A stretch of 43,172 bases of DNA from Abditibacteriaceae bacterium (GTDB lineage Bacteria; Armatimonadota; Abditibacteriia; Abditibacteriales; Abditibacteriaceae). Shown piece by piece: positions 1-9,865 of the stretch. The notes beneath the pieces were generated by a model. It searched no databases, was not told the origin of the DNA, and worked only from the letters and a program-made list of their open reading frames with translations. The stretch spans positions 1 to 43,172 of the forward strand of contig JANMKN010000011.1 in NCBI GenBank assembly GCA_031372065.1, given 5' to 3'. How positions within the stretch are numbered: position 1 is the stretch's first letter; every line of letters starts with the position of its first letter. The position numbers and the translations under genes were made by a program.

Positions 1-48
1 GATAACAAGAGACTATGTTGGCATGGGGTTCTCCGACCACGGGCAGCA

Positions 49-85
49 CAAAAGCGCGCTCCTCACTTGAGGTGCGCGCTTTTTG
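49..85. terminator. Intrinsic terminator hairpin, probably bidirectional, downstream of ftsK
   Basis: caaaagcgcgc-t-cctca-ct-tgagg-t-gcgcgcttttt: GC-rich stem with A-tract on the left and T-tract on the right, 30 nt past the ftsK stop. Confidence 0.75.
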
Positions 86-114
86 GTGACGGTATGAGGC
101 GGCAAGCAGATGGT

Positions 115-3100
115 TTAACCGCCGCCCAGCACTTTGCGGGCTTTGGGGCCATCGGGGGGGCCGAGAACACCGTCGCGTTCGAGTTGGTCTACGATGCGTC
201 CGGCGCGGGGATAGCCGATTTCAAACTTGCGCTGGATTAAACTGGCGCTCATTTCGTCGTGGCGAATGACGAATTCTTTGATTTGGTCGTAAAGTTCATC
301 GCGCTTGTCTTCGGACAGCACTTTCTCGGTGCCGCCGCTGCTGGATTCTTCGTCTTCGACAGCCGCCAAATCAAGACCATAATCAAGGTCTTCCCCGGCG
401 TAAGCGGCTTTCACCACTTGCACGATGCGATTGCATTCTTCTTCGCTGAGAAACGCGCCTTGAATGCGCACCGCTTTGCCGCCATTGTTGGCATCGAATA
501 GCATATCGCCTGAACCGATTAAACGTTCGGCGCCCACCGAATCCAAAATCGTGCGCGAATCCACCTGACTCGCCACCGCAAAGGCGATGCGCGCCGGAAT
601 GTTGGCTTTAATCACGCCGGTAATCACGTTCACGCTGGGGCGCTGCGTGGCGACAATCAAATGAATGCCGGTGGCGCGCGCCAACTGCGCGAGGCGGCAG
701 ATTAACTTTTCAAATTCCGCAGCGGCAGTCATCATCAAGTCGGCGAGTTCGTCAATCACGATGACGATATAAGGCAGCGGGTCTTCGCCGTCTTCGAGTT
801 TGGAATTATACGAGGCGATATTGCGCACGCCGCGCTCGGCGAAGCGCTTGTAACGCCTGTCCATTTCGTTAATCATGCCCCGCAAGGCGCGCACGGCTTC
901 TTTCGGCTCGACAACAACCGGATGATACAGATGCGGAATGTCGCGGTAAAGCGTCAATTCGACGCGTTTGGGGTCAATCAGCGAGAATTTGACTTCTTCG
1001 GGCGTGGCGCGCGAAATGATGGACGTAATAATGGCGTTCAAGCAGACCGATTTGCCCGAATTGGTGGCACCGGCGATCAGCAAATGCGGCATTTTCGTCA
1101 AATCGGCCCATTTCGCTTGCCCTGCGATGTCTTTGCCGAGCACGAAATTCAATTTCGACTGCGACGAGAGAAATTCCGGCAATTCCAACACATCGCGCAA
1201 GCGCACAAGGTTGACTTTCTTGTTGGGCACTTCAATGCCGACGACGTTCTTGCCCGGCACAGGCGCTTCGATGCGAACGGCAATAGCCGAAAGCGAGCGC
1301 GCTAAGTCGCGATCCAAGTTCGCAATCGCCGCCACGCGCACACCAGGCGCCGGCTGCACTTCATAGCGCGTAATGACCGGGCCGCGTTTCACGTCCGTGA
1401 CGCGCGCATCAATCTTGAAACTGGCTAAAGTTTCCTGCACATTTAGCACGCCTTCTTGTATGTCTTCTTCGGCGCCCGAATGATCCATACGGACAGGCGG
1501 GTCAAGAGCGCGCACCGCTTCATCGAAGTAATCGGGCATAGGCGGGCCATCGCCAAAACGACGGCGCGCACGGCCCGCGCGCTTGGGGCGGCGCACGATT
1601 TCGAGAATTGGTTCTTCGGCCTGCGCACTCGCCAGCGCCTGGGCTTCCAAGGCTTCCAAGGGCGTCAATTCATCGTCAGGCCGGTTAATGGGAATAGCCC
1701 TGCTCGCCTCTTCAATGACCGAAGGCGGTGGCGGCGCATCGACGATTTCAATGCGCGGCGCGGCATCCTGACCGGGCACTGCGCGCAGTTCTTTGGATTC
1801 TTTGGCTTTGGGAGCGGGCTTTTCAAGCGGTGCTTCGACAGGTTCTTCGACAAGCGGCGGCAGGCTTGGCACGTTTTGAAGGGGCGGCAAGTCACCACGC
1901 AACACATCGTTCAAATCGAAAAATGGCGCAGCACGCTTCATGCCTTGCGATTCGCTTGGCGGTGCTTGTGGTGTTCGCGGCGGCAGCGGGCGGCGCGCGT
2001 CGGGCACGAAATCGGGAACAGCGAAATTGGCCTCGGCGATGGCGCCAAAAGGCTGAGGTGGGCGCGCACTGGAAACCGGACGCGGCGCGGAAACCGAATT
2101 GGAAGGGCGGCGCAGCGGCGCGGGCGATGGCACGTTTGGTGGCGCGGCGTGATATGGTTGATGTGGTTGATGCGCTTGGGGATGCTCTTCTAACTGGCGT
2201 GCAAAAGGGTCTTGCGGCTTTTCATAGGCCAATTCCACGCCGCGCCGCCAAACGCGCCGCGTTTTGGAACCCGCTTTTTTGGCGCCGCGCTTCACGCCGC
2301 GCCCAGCGCGACTCATGGTGTCGGCGAGCGACAAATTGGTCAACACCAAAAGCGCGACAATCGCCAAAGCGCCCAGCGCGATAATCGCGCCGGTATCACC
2401 CAACATTTTCCGCAAGGCCACGGCGAAAACCGCGCCCACTGCGCCGCCGTGATAATCATCTGTCGCAATGCCGGGCGCCATGCCATCGGCCACAATGCGG
2501 TGCCAGAGAATTTGCACAGGCGCGAATTCCTGTCCCGATGGCACCTGCAAATGTATGGCAGTGAGGAACACCGGAAAGGCCACACCCACGCCCACGAAAA
2601 ATGCCTTTAAATTGACCCGCTGCCGCTGTGCGATGAGCAAAATACCCAGCGCCGCCATCAACAAAGGAAACACAACCGCACCCAAACCAAAAAACAAGCG
2701 CAAGGTATTGATGCCCAAACGCGGCAGCAGGCCTTCGGTCTGCGTTTGCAAGGCATTAAAAAGCAAAACCGCACCGGCGGCCAGCAAAAGCACACCCATA
2801 ATTTCAAAAATTAGAGTGGAAACTGTGCTTGATTTTCGGGAAGCCCCAACGCGCGCCTCGCGCTGGTTTTGAGAATGCTGCACGCGATAAGCGCGCTCAC
2901 CATCGCGTGGAGGCAGTGATTCACTTTTCTGGTTTTGTGCCGCATTTTGTGACGTAGGGCGCGGCTTGCGCCACGGCGCCGTAGGGAAAACATCCAACGC
3001 CGCTTCTACCTCGCCCCCGGCACGGGTTTGGTGGTTCGTAGATGTTTTTTCTCGCGCCGCGCGACGCGAAAACGCATCGCCAGAGCGCGATTTGACGGAA

Positions 3101-3339
3101 TCATCGGCGGGACGGTCAGAGGGACGACGTGATTTATTCTTAGAAATTTGCGCTGTGGCTTGCGGGCTTTTGCCAGATTTGGAAGAAGAGCGGCGCGCCT
3201 CAGACGCGACAAAGGCAGCGGCCTCCGGATCCAAATCCGGGTGGAGGGCGCCAGACATTTCATCGCTGAGGTCAAGCACGTCCTCTTCGTCCGGAGAATC
3301 CGAAGAATCCCGAAAGGAGGGCGTCGAGTATTTCGGCAT
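115..3339 (-). CDS. ftsK: DNA translocase FtsK/SpoIIIE
   Basis: N-terminal TM segments, Pro-rich linker, Walker A (HLLIAGATNSGKS), IDPKRVEL, Walker B (IVIDELADLMM), ARATGIHLIVATQRPS, gamma domain (SASLIQRKFEIGYPRAGRIVDQLE). ATG at 3339 preferred over TTG at 3342. Confidence 0.97.
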   Translation of the reverse strand: MPKYSTPSFRDSSDSPDEEDVLDLSDEMSGALHPDLDPEAAAFVASEARRSSSKSGKSPQATAQISKNKSRRPSDRPADDSVKSRSGDAFSRRAAREKTSTNHQTRAGGEVEAALDVFPTAPWRKPRPTSQNAAQNQKSESLPPRDGERAYRVQHSQNQREARVGASRKSSTVSTLIFEIMGVLLLAAGAVLLFNALQTQTEGLLPRLGINTLRLFFGLGAVVFPLLMAALGILLIAQRQRVNLKAFFVGVGVAFPVFLTAIHLQVPSGQEFAPVQILWHRIVADGMAPGIATDDYHGGAVGAVFAVALRKMLGDTGAIIALGALAIVALLVLTNLSLADTMSRAGRGVKRGAKKAGSKTRRVWRRGVELAYEKPQDPFARQLEEHPQAHQPHQPYHAAPPNVPSPAPLRRPSNSVSAPRPVSSARPPQPFGAIAEANFAVPDFVPDARRPLPPRTPQAPPSESQGMKRAAPFFDLNDVLRGDLPPLQNVPSLPPLVEEPVEAPLEKPAPKAKESKELRAVPGQDAAPRIEIVDAPPPPSVIEEASRAIPINRPDDELTPLEALEAQALASAQAEEPILEIVRRPKRAGRARRRFGDGPPMPDYFDEAVRALDPPVRMDHSGAEEDIQEGVLNVQETLASFKIDARVTDVKRGPVITRYEVQPAPGVRVAAIANLDRDLARSLSAIAVRIEAPVPGKNVVGIEVPNKKVNLVRLRDVLELPEFLSSQSKLNFVLGKDIAGQAKWADLTKMPHLLIAGATNSGKSVCLNAIITSIISRATPEEVKFSLIDPKRVELTLYRDIPHLYHPVVVEPKEAVRALRGMINEMDRRYKRFAERGVRNIASYNSKLEDGEDPLPYIVIVIDELADLMMTAAAEFEKLICRLAQLARATGIHLIVATQRPSVNVITGVIKANIPARIAFAVASQVDSRTILDSVGAERLIGSGDMLFDANNGGKAVRIQGAFLSEEECNRIVQVVKAAYAGEDLDYGLDLAAVEDEESSSGGTEKVLSEDKRDELYDQIKEFVIRHDEMSASLIQRKFEIGYPRAGRIVDQLERDGVLGPPDGPKARKVLGGG

Positions 3340-4018
3340 CAAGTTGCTCCCACTGAAATTCGTTCGGGCTGAGTCGAATGCTGTGTTGATTGCTGCGTTT
3401 AGTTCTTCGGGCGTTTCTTGCGAAACGCAGGGGGAGACCGTTGGAACCGCTTCCCATTCTACTGTTTTACGTCATTTTCTGCCATAGGTTACCACGTTAA
3501 TCTCACAAAGCAGCCGTCAAGTTATCTAAAAAAACCTTTATAATCTGTGCCTCACATTTCTTTGCTTTAATAAATCTGTTGGTAAATCTTGCTTTAAGGT
3601 AAAATAAAGAAAGCACGGCTAAAGTCCGTGGTTCAAGTTATCGCGACTTCCCAAATTTACCTTTCGTTGCACTTTTACCTTAACTTGGGGTTTATCAAAA
3701 CCCCAAGGTGGTGAACTTGCATTGTATGCCGCCAACACGATGTCGCGATTTTGCAAATTGGCACGGAACGTTGAAAAGATAACGCAGTCTTTTTGTTGTT
3801 CCCTTTTCCTTGATGCGATTACGCAATTGTCTGCTCCAACAACGCCTTTCATTCGTTGGAAAAAGACAGAATTGCACTTGGATTCTTGTGATCAAACATT
3901 TTGGCTCCGGCGTTCATCGCTTGCGCAAACCCCTTAGTGCAAAAGACTTTGGTGGTAATCCCTTTTAGATTGGGCCGGAGCATTGTATCCTTTTAGTTCC
4001 GGCTGTTTCGGTGAGAAA

Positions 4019-5845
4019 ATGGCTTCAAACGCGAAGAAATCATTACTTCAAATTTTAGGTGAGCGGCGCAAGATCACCATGGATCAGGCCAAAGAGGCCG
4101 TGTCGCGCCGCCAGAGCAGCGGCGAGTCCTTCGAGGACATCCTCATTGATATGGATGTGGATGAAGTCGAGGTTTATGGTGCCAAGGCCGAACTCGAAGG
4201 CGTCTCGTTCCTTGATTTGAACGATGACGTGCAGGTTGATGCAGAAGCCAGCAGCCTTTTACCCGAAGATTTGCAAGAACGCTACGCTGCCGTGCCGATT
4301 TTTCAGGACGGCGATAAATTAACCGTTTCGATGGCGAACCCGAAAGATGTTTTCGCCGTGGATGAATTGCGCATGAAAACCGGCCTCGACATTGTGCCGG
4401 TTCTGATTCCGCCTTCTCAACATCAAGCCCTACTCGAAGGCACTTGGGGCGTCCACTCCAATGGCACCAGCCCCGATAGCGAAGAGGAAGACGACGAAAA
4501 CGATCCCATCGCGCAGATGCTGGCCGACCTTGATCCAAATCGCGCACCGAAAGAAGAGAAAAAGCGCAATTTCAACCCCTTCGCCTCCAAAGAAACTACG
4601 ATTGAAGCCGCTGTAATTCCGGGCGAAGCCGAAGAAGCCGAAGCCGAAATTGACAAGGAATACCAAGATGCCGATGAAGCGCCGATCATCCGCATTGTCA
4701 ACACGATTTTGATGTATGCCATTCGCGACGGCGCCAGCGACATTCATGTCGAGCCGCAACGCAAAGGCGTGCGCATTCGCTATCGCATTGACGGCGTATT
4801 GCACGAGCAAATGAAAGTGCCGCAATACGTTTTGAATCCGCTGATTTCACGCATCAAAATCATGGCGGACATGAACATTGCCGAACGCCGCGTGCCGCAG
4901 GACGGACGTATTCATATCAAAATGCAAGAAAAAGAATATGATATGCGCGTCAATACCTGCCCGACGGCGTTTGGCGAAAAAGTCGTCATGCGTATTTTGG
5001 ACAAAAGTTCGGTGATGATTGGCCTTGACAAATTAGGCCTTTATCCCGAAACGCAGACTCAGCTTCTTGATATTTGCCACCAACCCAACGGCTGCTTCAT
5101 GATTTGCGGTCCGACAGGTTCAGGCAAGACTACCACACTGTATTCTGTTCTCAACGTTGTAAACAGTGTCGAGAAAAACGTGATGACCGTCGAAGACCCG
5201 GTGGAATATCAGTTAGCCGGGCTTTCGCAAGTTCACGTCAATCGCAAAGCAGGGCTGACTTTCGCCAACGCCCTGCGCGCTTTTTTGCGCCAAGACCCGG
5301 ACGTTATCATGGTTGGAGAAATTCGCGACTTGGAAACCGCTGAAATCGCCGTGCAAGCGGCTTTGACAGGTCACTTAGTTTTGTCTACTATCCACACCAA
5401 CGATGCGCCTTCAACCGCCACTCGTTTGGGCGATATGGGTGTGGAACCATTCTTGATTTCAGCTTCGCTGGTGGGCGCGTTGGCCCAGCGCCTTTCGCGC
5501 CGCATTTGTTCCAACTGCAAGGCGCCTTATCAACCGCAACGCGAACTGGTGTTGCGCTTTGGATTCGATCCACTTACACATCCCGAAGTGCAGTTTTACA
5601 AGGGCATGGGTTGCGAGCGCTGCCGCCAAACCGGCTATAAGGGCCGTCTTGGCTGCTACGAACTGATGCGCATCAACGAAGAATTGGCCGAACTTATCGT
5701 GCGCCGCTCGCCTCTATCAGAATTGAAAGAAGCCGCCCGTTCCAATGGAATGCAAACTTTGCAGGAAGATGGTTTCCGCAAATGCAAAGACGGTTTCACC
5801 AACGTCGAAGAAGTTATGCGCGTCGTCTTTACAGGTGGACACTGA
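4019..5845 (+). CDS. pilB: Type IV pilus assembly ATPase PilB (GspE/PulE family)
   Basis: ASDIHVEP, ERRVPQDGR, Walker A GPTGSGKTTT, TVEDPVEY, LRQDPDVIMVGEIRD, tetracysteine motif CSNC...CERC. ATG at 4019 preferred over TTG at 3983. Confidence 0.95.
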   Translation: MASNAKKSLLQILGERRKITMDQAKEAVSRRQSSGESFEDILIDMDVDEVEVYGAKAELEGVSFLDLNDDVQVDAEASSLLPEDLQERYAAVPIFQDGDKLTVSMANPKDVFAVDELRMKTGLDIVPVLIPPSQHQALLEGTWGVHSNGTSPDSEEEDDENDPIAQMLADLDPNRAPKEEKKRNFNPFASKETTIEAAVIPGEAEEAEAEIDKEYQDADEAPIIRIVNTILMYAIRDGASDIHVEPQRKGVRIRYRIDGVLHEQMKVPQYVLNPLISRIKIMADMNIAERRVPQDGRIHIKMQEKEYDMRVNTCPTAFGEKVVMRILDKSSVMIGLDKLGLYPETQTQLLDICHQPNGCFMICGPTGSGKTTTLYSVLNVVNSVEKNVMTVEDPVEYQLAGLSQVHVNRKAGLTFANALRAFLRQDPDVIMVGEIRDLETAEIAVQAALTGHLVLSTIHTNDAPSTATRLGDMGVEPFLISASLVGALAQRLSRRICSNCKAPYQPQRELVLRFGFDPLTHPEVQFYKGMGCERCRQTGYKGRLGCYELMRINEELAELIVRRSPLSELKEAARSNGMQTLQEDGFRKCKDGFTNVEEVMRVVFTGGH

Positions 5846-5850
5846 TTTAA

Positions 5851-5905
5851 GTGTGGAGTGCGGAATGCGGTGGGGCGTATAACTCCGCATTCCGCACTCC
5901 GCATT
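5851..5905. repeat. Heptamer tandem/inverted repeat element (GCGGA(A/G)T ... ATTCCGC) between pilB and pilT
   Basis: gtgtggagtgcggaatgcgg ... ctccgcattccgcactccgcatt; same unit as 41143-41205. Confidence 0.85.
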
Positions 5906-5915
5906 ATTCATTATT

Positions 5916-7193
5916 ATGGCTCAACATACTTCACAAGTCGGTCAAATGGGTCGTCCCGCAGTGCCCGGTGCGCCTGCGGCTTATCCGCCACAAGTCGGCC
6001 AGCAATTTCCAGCTACTGCTTTTCAAGAAGAAAGTGAAGAAGCAGTCATCGAGGTGCAGGAAGAAGAAAAAATCTCCCTCGAAGAAGTCCACATTGATGA
6101 ATTATGTGCCAAAGTAGTGGAAATGGGCGCCAGTGACTTGCACTTGGCCGTTGGTCTGCCTCCTTGCGTTCGCTTGCATGGTAGCATCAAACCATTGCAC
6201 GAATATGAAACTTTTGAGGCACGCCACACACAGCGCATTATTTATGACATTCTCACCGACGAGCAAATCCAGCGTTTTGAAAACGACCTAGAACTCGACA
6301 TGGCCTACACAGCCCAACATGTCGCTCGCTTTCGCGTGAATGCTTATCGCGACAAAACCTTCGTGGCGGCAGCCTTGCGCGTTATTCCCAGCAAGATTCC
6401 TACGCCCGAAGACCTCAACTTACCCGCCATTATCATTGATCTGGCGAACCGCCCGCGCGGTTTGATGCTGGTCACTGGCCCCACAGGTTCCGGTAAATCC
6501 ACCACATTGGCCGCCGTGATTGATGCCATTAATACCAATCACGAAGGTCATATCTTGACCATCGAAGACCCGATTGAATTTGTCCATCAGCATAAAAAAT
6601 GTGTGGTCAACCAACGCGAAGTGGGAGCCGATACGCGCGCTTTCAAAAACGCCTTGCGCGCCGCATTGCGCGAAGACCCGGATGTCATTCTGGTCGGCGA
6701 AATGCGTGACAACGAAACGATTCACTTGGCGATTACAGCGGCGGAAACCGGCCACTTGGTTTTTGGCACCTTGCACACCAACTCGGCGGCGGAATCGGTT
6801 GACCGCATGGTCGGCGTGTTTCCCGCTGACCAGCAGGAACAAATTCGCACGCAGTTATCCAACTCACTGGTAGCGATTATCACGCAGCAGCTTTTGAAAA
6901 AAGTTGGCGGCGGGCGCGTGGCGGCCATTGAAATCATGATCGCCAACTCGGCGATTCGAAACTTGATTCGCGAGGCCAAAGCGCATCAGATGCTTTCGGT
7001 CATGCAAACCCAAACCCAATTGGGTATGCAAACTATGGATCAGGCGCTGCGAGATTTGTTCATGAAAAACTTCATCACCTACGACGATGCCCTCGCACGG
7101 GCACATAACCCGGCAGAATTAGAAGTGATGATTAGCGGCGGCATGGAATTGCAGGCACAAGCACAAGCCGCCGAGAAAAAAGGCCGTCGTTAG
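5916..7193 (+). CDS. pilT: Type IV pilus retraction ATPase PilT
   Basis: ASDLHL, GPTGSGKSTT, TIEDPIE, ALREDPDVILVGEMRD, GTLHT and the PilT signature AIRNLIRE; acidic N-terminal extension of about 55 aa. Confidence 0.96.
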   Translation: MAQHTSQVGQMGRPAVPGAPAAYPPQVGQQFPATAFQEESEEAVIEVQEEEKISLEEVHIDELCAKVVEMGASDLHLAVGLPPCVRLHGSIKPLHEYETFEARHTQRIIYDILTDEQIQRFENDLELDMAYTAQHVARFRVNAYRDKTFVAAALRVIPSKIPTPEDLNLPAIIIDLANRPRGLMLVTGPTGSGKSTTLAAVIDAINTNHEGHILTIEDPIEFVHQHKKCVVNQREVGADTRAFKNALRAALREDPDVILVGEMRDNETIHLAITAAETGHLVFGTLHTNSAAESVDRMVGVFPADQQEQIRTQLSNSLVAIITQQLLKKVGGGRVAAIEIMIANSAIRNLIREAKAHQMLSVMQTQTQLGMQTMDQALRDLFMKNFITYDDALARAHNPAELEVMISGGMELQAQAQAAEKKGRR

Positions 7194-7272
7194 AACCGAT
7201 AGCCTAAGCTGAAAAAATTTCGGCGCGCATCGAACGTTCCAGCGTCAGGCTGCATCTTAAAGAGCGTGTTAA

Positions 7273-7317
7273 TGGAAAAATTCCCTTCTTCTAAGCCAGA
7301 AGAAGGGAATTTTTCCA
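7273..7317. repeat. Perfect 20-bp inverted repeat with 5-nt loop between pilT and pilC
   Basis: tggaaaaattcccttcttct-aagcc-agaagaagggaatttttcca. Confidence 0.85.
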
Positions 7318-7356
7318 AAAGCACCACCATTTCAGGACTGTTTTCAGGAGACGCAT

Positions 7357-8625
7357 ATGCCAACATTTGCCTATGTCGCTAAGGATAACAAGGGCAAAAT
7401 CCATCGTGGGCGGCAGGAAGCCAACAACGAGAAGGAACTGACAAAAAAACTGCAAGAAACGGGCTATTGGGTGCAGTCGGTCACCAAAGAAGGTGCCAAA
7501 ACCAAAAAAGTCAGCCCTTTGATGCGCTTCAAGAAGGTCAAGCTTAACGACCTTTCTATTTTTTGTCGCCAGTTTGCCACCATGATCAACGCTGGCGTCA
7601 GTTTGGTGCGTTGTTTATCGGTTTTAGAGGCCCAAACCACTAATGCACGATTGAAAATGGTGGTGCGCGACGTGCAAAATCGCGTGGAAGCGGGCGAAAC
7701 GCTGTCGCGCTCGATGATGTATCACAATAACATCTTCAGCAATCTGTTTATTGGTTTAGTGCGCGCCGGCGAAGTCGGTGGCGTGCTTGATGAAACCTTA
7801 GATCGTTTGGCGCAATTTTTGGAATCCGACCTTCGCCTGCGCTCAAAAATCAAAGCCGCCATGACTTACCCGGTTTTGGTTATGTGTATGGCGTTCCTCA
7901 TCGTAACTGGCCTTGTGGTATTTATCATTCCCAAGTTCATCGAAATCTTTAAAGATTTCAATGTCAAAATGCCCGCGCCAACGCAGTTATTAATCACGAT
8001 TTCCAATATTTCACGCACGACAATTGGAATGATTTCTATTATTTTTGGCCCGATGACCATAAAGTTCGCTTGGGGAAAGTTCATCAAAACCAAATTCGGC
8101 AAGCGCTTGTGGGACAAGTGGAAGAAAAAACTGCCCGTCTTTGGCAAACTCGGCAAAAATATCGCGGTGGCACGTTTTTGCCGCACCTTAGCAACGTTGC
8201 TCACTTCAGGTGTGCCGATTTTGCAAGCGATGGAAACCGTGGCAAACGCCATTGACGACGAAGTTTTTACCGATGTTATCATGAACGCGCGCACCCGCAT
8301 TCGTGAAGGCGACCCGATTGGCGAACCTCTCGAAAAAAGCAAAATGTTCCCACCAATGGTGATTCAGATGATTAACATTGGCGAAGAAACCGGTGCCCTT
8401 GACCAGATGCTTGGCAAGGTGGCCGACTTCTACGAGCAGGAAGTAGAATCGCAGCTTGAATCTCTGGCTGCCGCCTTGGAACCGCTAATGATTGTGGCAT
8501 TGGGTGGCATCGTCGGCTTTATTGTTATCGCTATGTTCATGCCTCTGATTGCTATCATCAACCAATTGTCAAGTGGCGACGACGACAGCAGTGCAGCTAA
8601 AAAAGGTGGCGGCGGCGACGATTAA
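7357..8625 (+). CDS. pilC: Type IV pilus platform protein PilC (GspF family)
   Basis: MPTFAY start, RQFATMINAGV, AGEVGGVLD, KAAMTYP, GEETGALD, two T2SSF domains with TM helices; SD aggag upstream. Confidence 0.95.
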   Translation: MPTFAYVAKDNKGKIHRGRQEANNEKELTKKLQETGYWVQSVTKEGAKTKKVSPLMRFKKVKLNDLSIFCRQFATMINAGVSLVRCLSVLEAQTTNARLKMVVRDVQNRVEAGETLSRSMMYHNNIFSNLFIGLVRAGEVGGVLDETLDRLAQFLESDLRLRSKIKAAMTYPVLVMCMAFLIVTGLVVFIIPKFIEIFKDFNVKMPAPTQLLITISNISRTTIGMISIIFGPMTIKFAWGKFIKTKFGKRLWDKWKKKLPVFGKLGKNIAVARFCRTLATLLTSGVPILQAMETVANAIDDEVFTDVIMNARTRIREGDPIGEPLEKSKMFPPMVIQMINIGEETGALDQMLGKVADFYEQEVESQLESLAAALEPLMIVALGGIVGFIVIAMFMPLIAIINQLSSGDDDSSAAKKGGGGDD

Positions 8626-8641
8626 TAGTCGGCTCGCCATC

Positions 8642-8679
8642 AACGGGGCAGGCACGCGCGAGACGCGGCCTGCCCCGTT
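8642..8679. other. GC-rich hairpin between pilC and pilD (terminator, attenuator or mRNA stabiliser)
   Basis: aacggggcaggc ... gcctgccccgtt 12-bp stem followed by only a short T run. Confidence 0.5.
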
Positions 8680-8718
8680 TGCAAATGGGCTTGCCACACT
8701 GCGCTGGGCGAGAATTTA

Positions 8719-9690
8719 ATGGAGATAGGGTTTGCGCTGTTCTTGTTCGCTTTAGGCGCGTGTGTTGGTTCGTTTTTGAATGTGTGCATCTGGCGCCTGC
8801 CGCGCCATGAAAGTGTGGTGCAGCCGCCTTCGCATTGCCCAAAATGCGATACACAGTTACAACCGCTGGATTTGGTGCCATTGCTTTCGCAAGTTGCGTT
8901 GCGTTCGCGTTGCCGCTATTGCGGCAACAAGATTTCATGGCGCTATTTTGGCATTGAATTTCTGACTGGCGCTTTGTTCGCGCTGGTGGGGATGCAGCCG
9001 GGCATCGGCATCAACGGACAGGAAATTGGCGACCCGGCAGCCTTGTTGCGCGGCCTGATTTTCATGGCGACGTTGGTCGTAATCTTTTGGGTGGATTACG
9101 ATGTGCGCCTGATTCAACTCGAAGCCGTTTTAATGCTTGGCTTGGCAGGCATCGGCTTAGAAGCGTGGCAAATTTATCAGGCGGCGCATGGCGTTTACTC
9201 AGCGGGCTATGAGGCGATGACGCAAGGCACGCTGTTAGAGCATTGGACATTGTTGCCCGCGCCTTTGCCACAATCGTTAGCGGCTATGATGGCCGCTGCG
9301 GGATTGTTATGGCTGCTGCGAGAGATTTTCTCGTGGATTTATGGCCGCGAAGCGATGGGGTTTGGAGACGTTCTGCTGGTCGCTGCAATCGCTGCGAATT
9401 TAGGTTGGAACGCTACCTTAGTGACGTTCTTCTTTTTGTCATTCGTTGCTGGTGCGCCACTGGCGATAAGTTTGCAAATTCCCGCTGCCCTTCGTGCTTA
9501 CCGTTGGGGCAGAAAACGGCAACAACGCCATGGCACCACAGGTAATTCCAAGAAAAAATTGCCCTTTGCCTTAGCCCGGCGTAGCTTCCGCCGCGCCATT
9601 CCTTTTGGCCCCATGTTAGCCATCGCGGCTGTGTTAGCTTTGCTTTATGGCACGCGAATTAATCAGGCTTATCTGAATTTGTGGCAATAA
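8719..9690 (+). CDS. pilD: Prepilin peptidase/N-methyltransferase PilD
   Basis: GSFLNVCIWRLP, Zn motifs CPKC and CRYC, catalytic Asp motifs WVDYD and MGFGDV, C-terminal IPFGPML. Confidence 0.95.
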   Translation: MEIGFALFLFALGACVGSFLNVCIWRLPRHESVVQPPSHCPKCDTQLQPLDLVPLLSQVALRSRCRYCGNKISWRYFGIEFLTGALFALVGMQPGIGINGQEIGDPAALLRGLIFMATLVVIFWVDYDVRLIQLEAVLMLGLAGIGLEAWQIYQAAHGVYSAGYEAMTQGTLLEHWTLLPAPLPQSLAAMMAAAGLLWLLREIFSWIYGREAMGFGDVLLVAAIAANLGWNATLVTFFFLSFVAGAPLAISLQIPAALRAYRWGRKRQQRHGTTGNSKKKLPFALARRSFRRAIPFGPMLAIAAVLALLYGTRINQAYLNLWQ

Positions 9691-9865
9691 AGATAAGCGC
9701 TAAATCAATAGGACACGTTAAATCATCTTTAAAAGATGGTTGAAAATTGGCCGAAGTGGGCATAATTGCCCTATAATTTGAAGCACATCAGCGACAGGCA
9801 CGACAAAGTGCCTTTCACTGTTTCCAACCCAATTTGCCGTCAAAAATTGCTGTGAGGGTTCGATT

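Noticed and set aside
1..48. 3' end of an ncRNA such as 6S RNA before the terminator
   Set aside because: Only 48 nt are visible and the resemblance is too vague; upstream sequence and a cmscan are needed.
3758..3775. Sigma54 promoter (tggcacggaacgttga) upstream of pilB
   Set aside because: The -24 TGGCAC matches, but the conserved GC at -12 is missing at the required spacing.
3900..3985. c-di-GMP riboswitch in the pilB leader
   Set aside because: An 8-bp helix (gctccggc/gccggagc) and a gcaaac word are present, but the GEMM two-hairpin tetraloop/receptor pattern is not.
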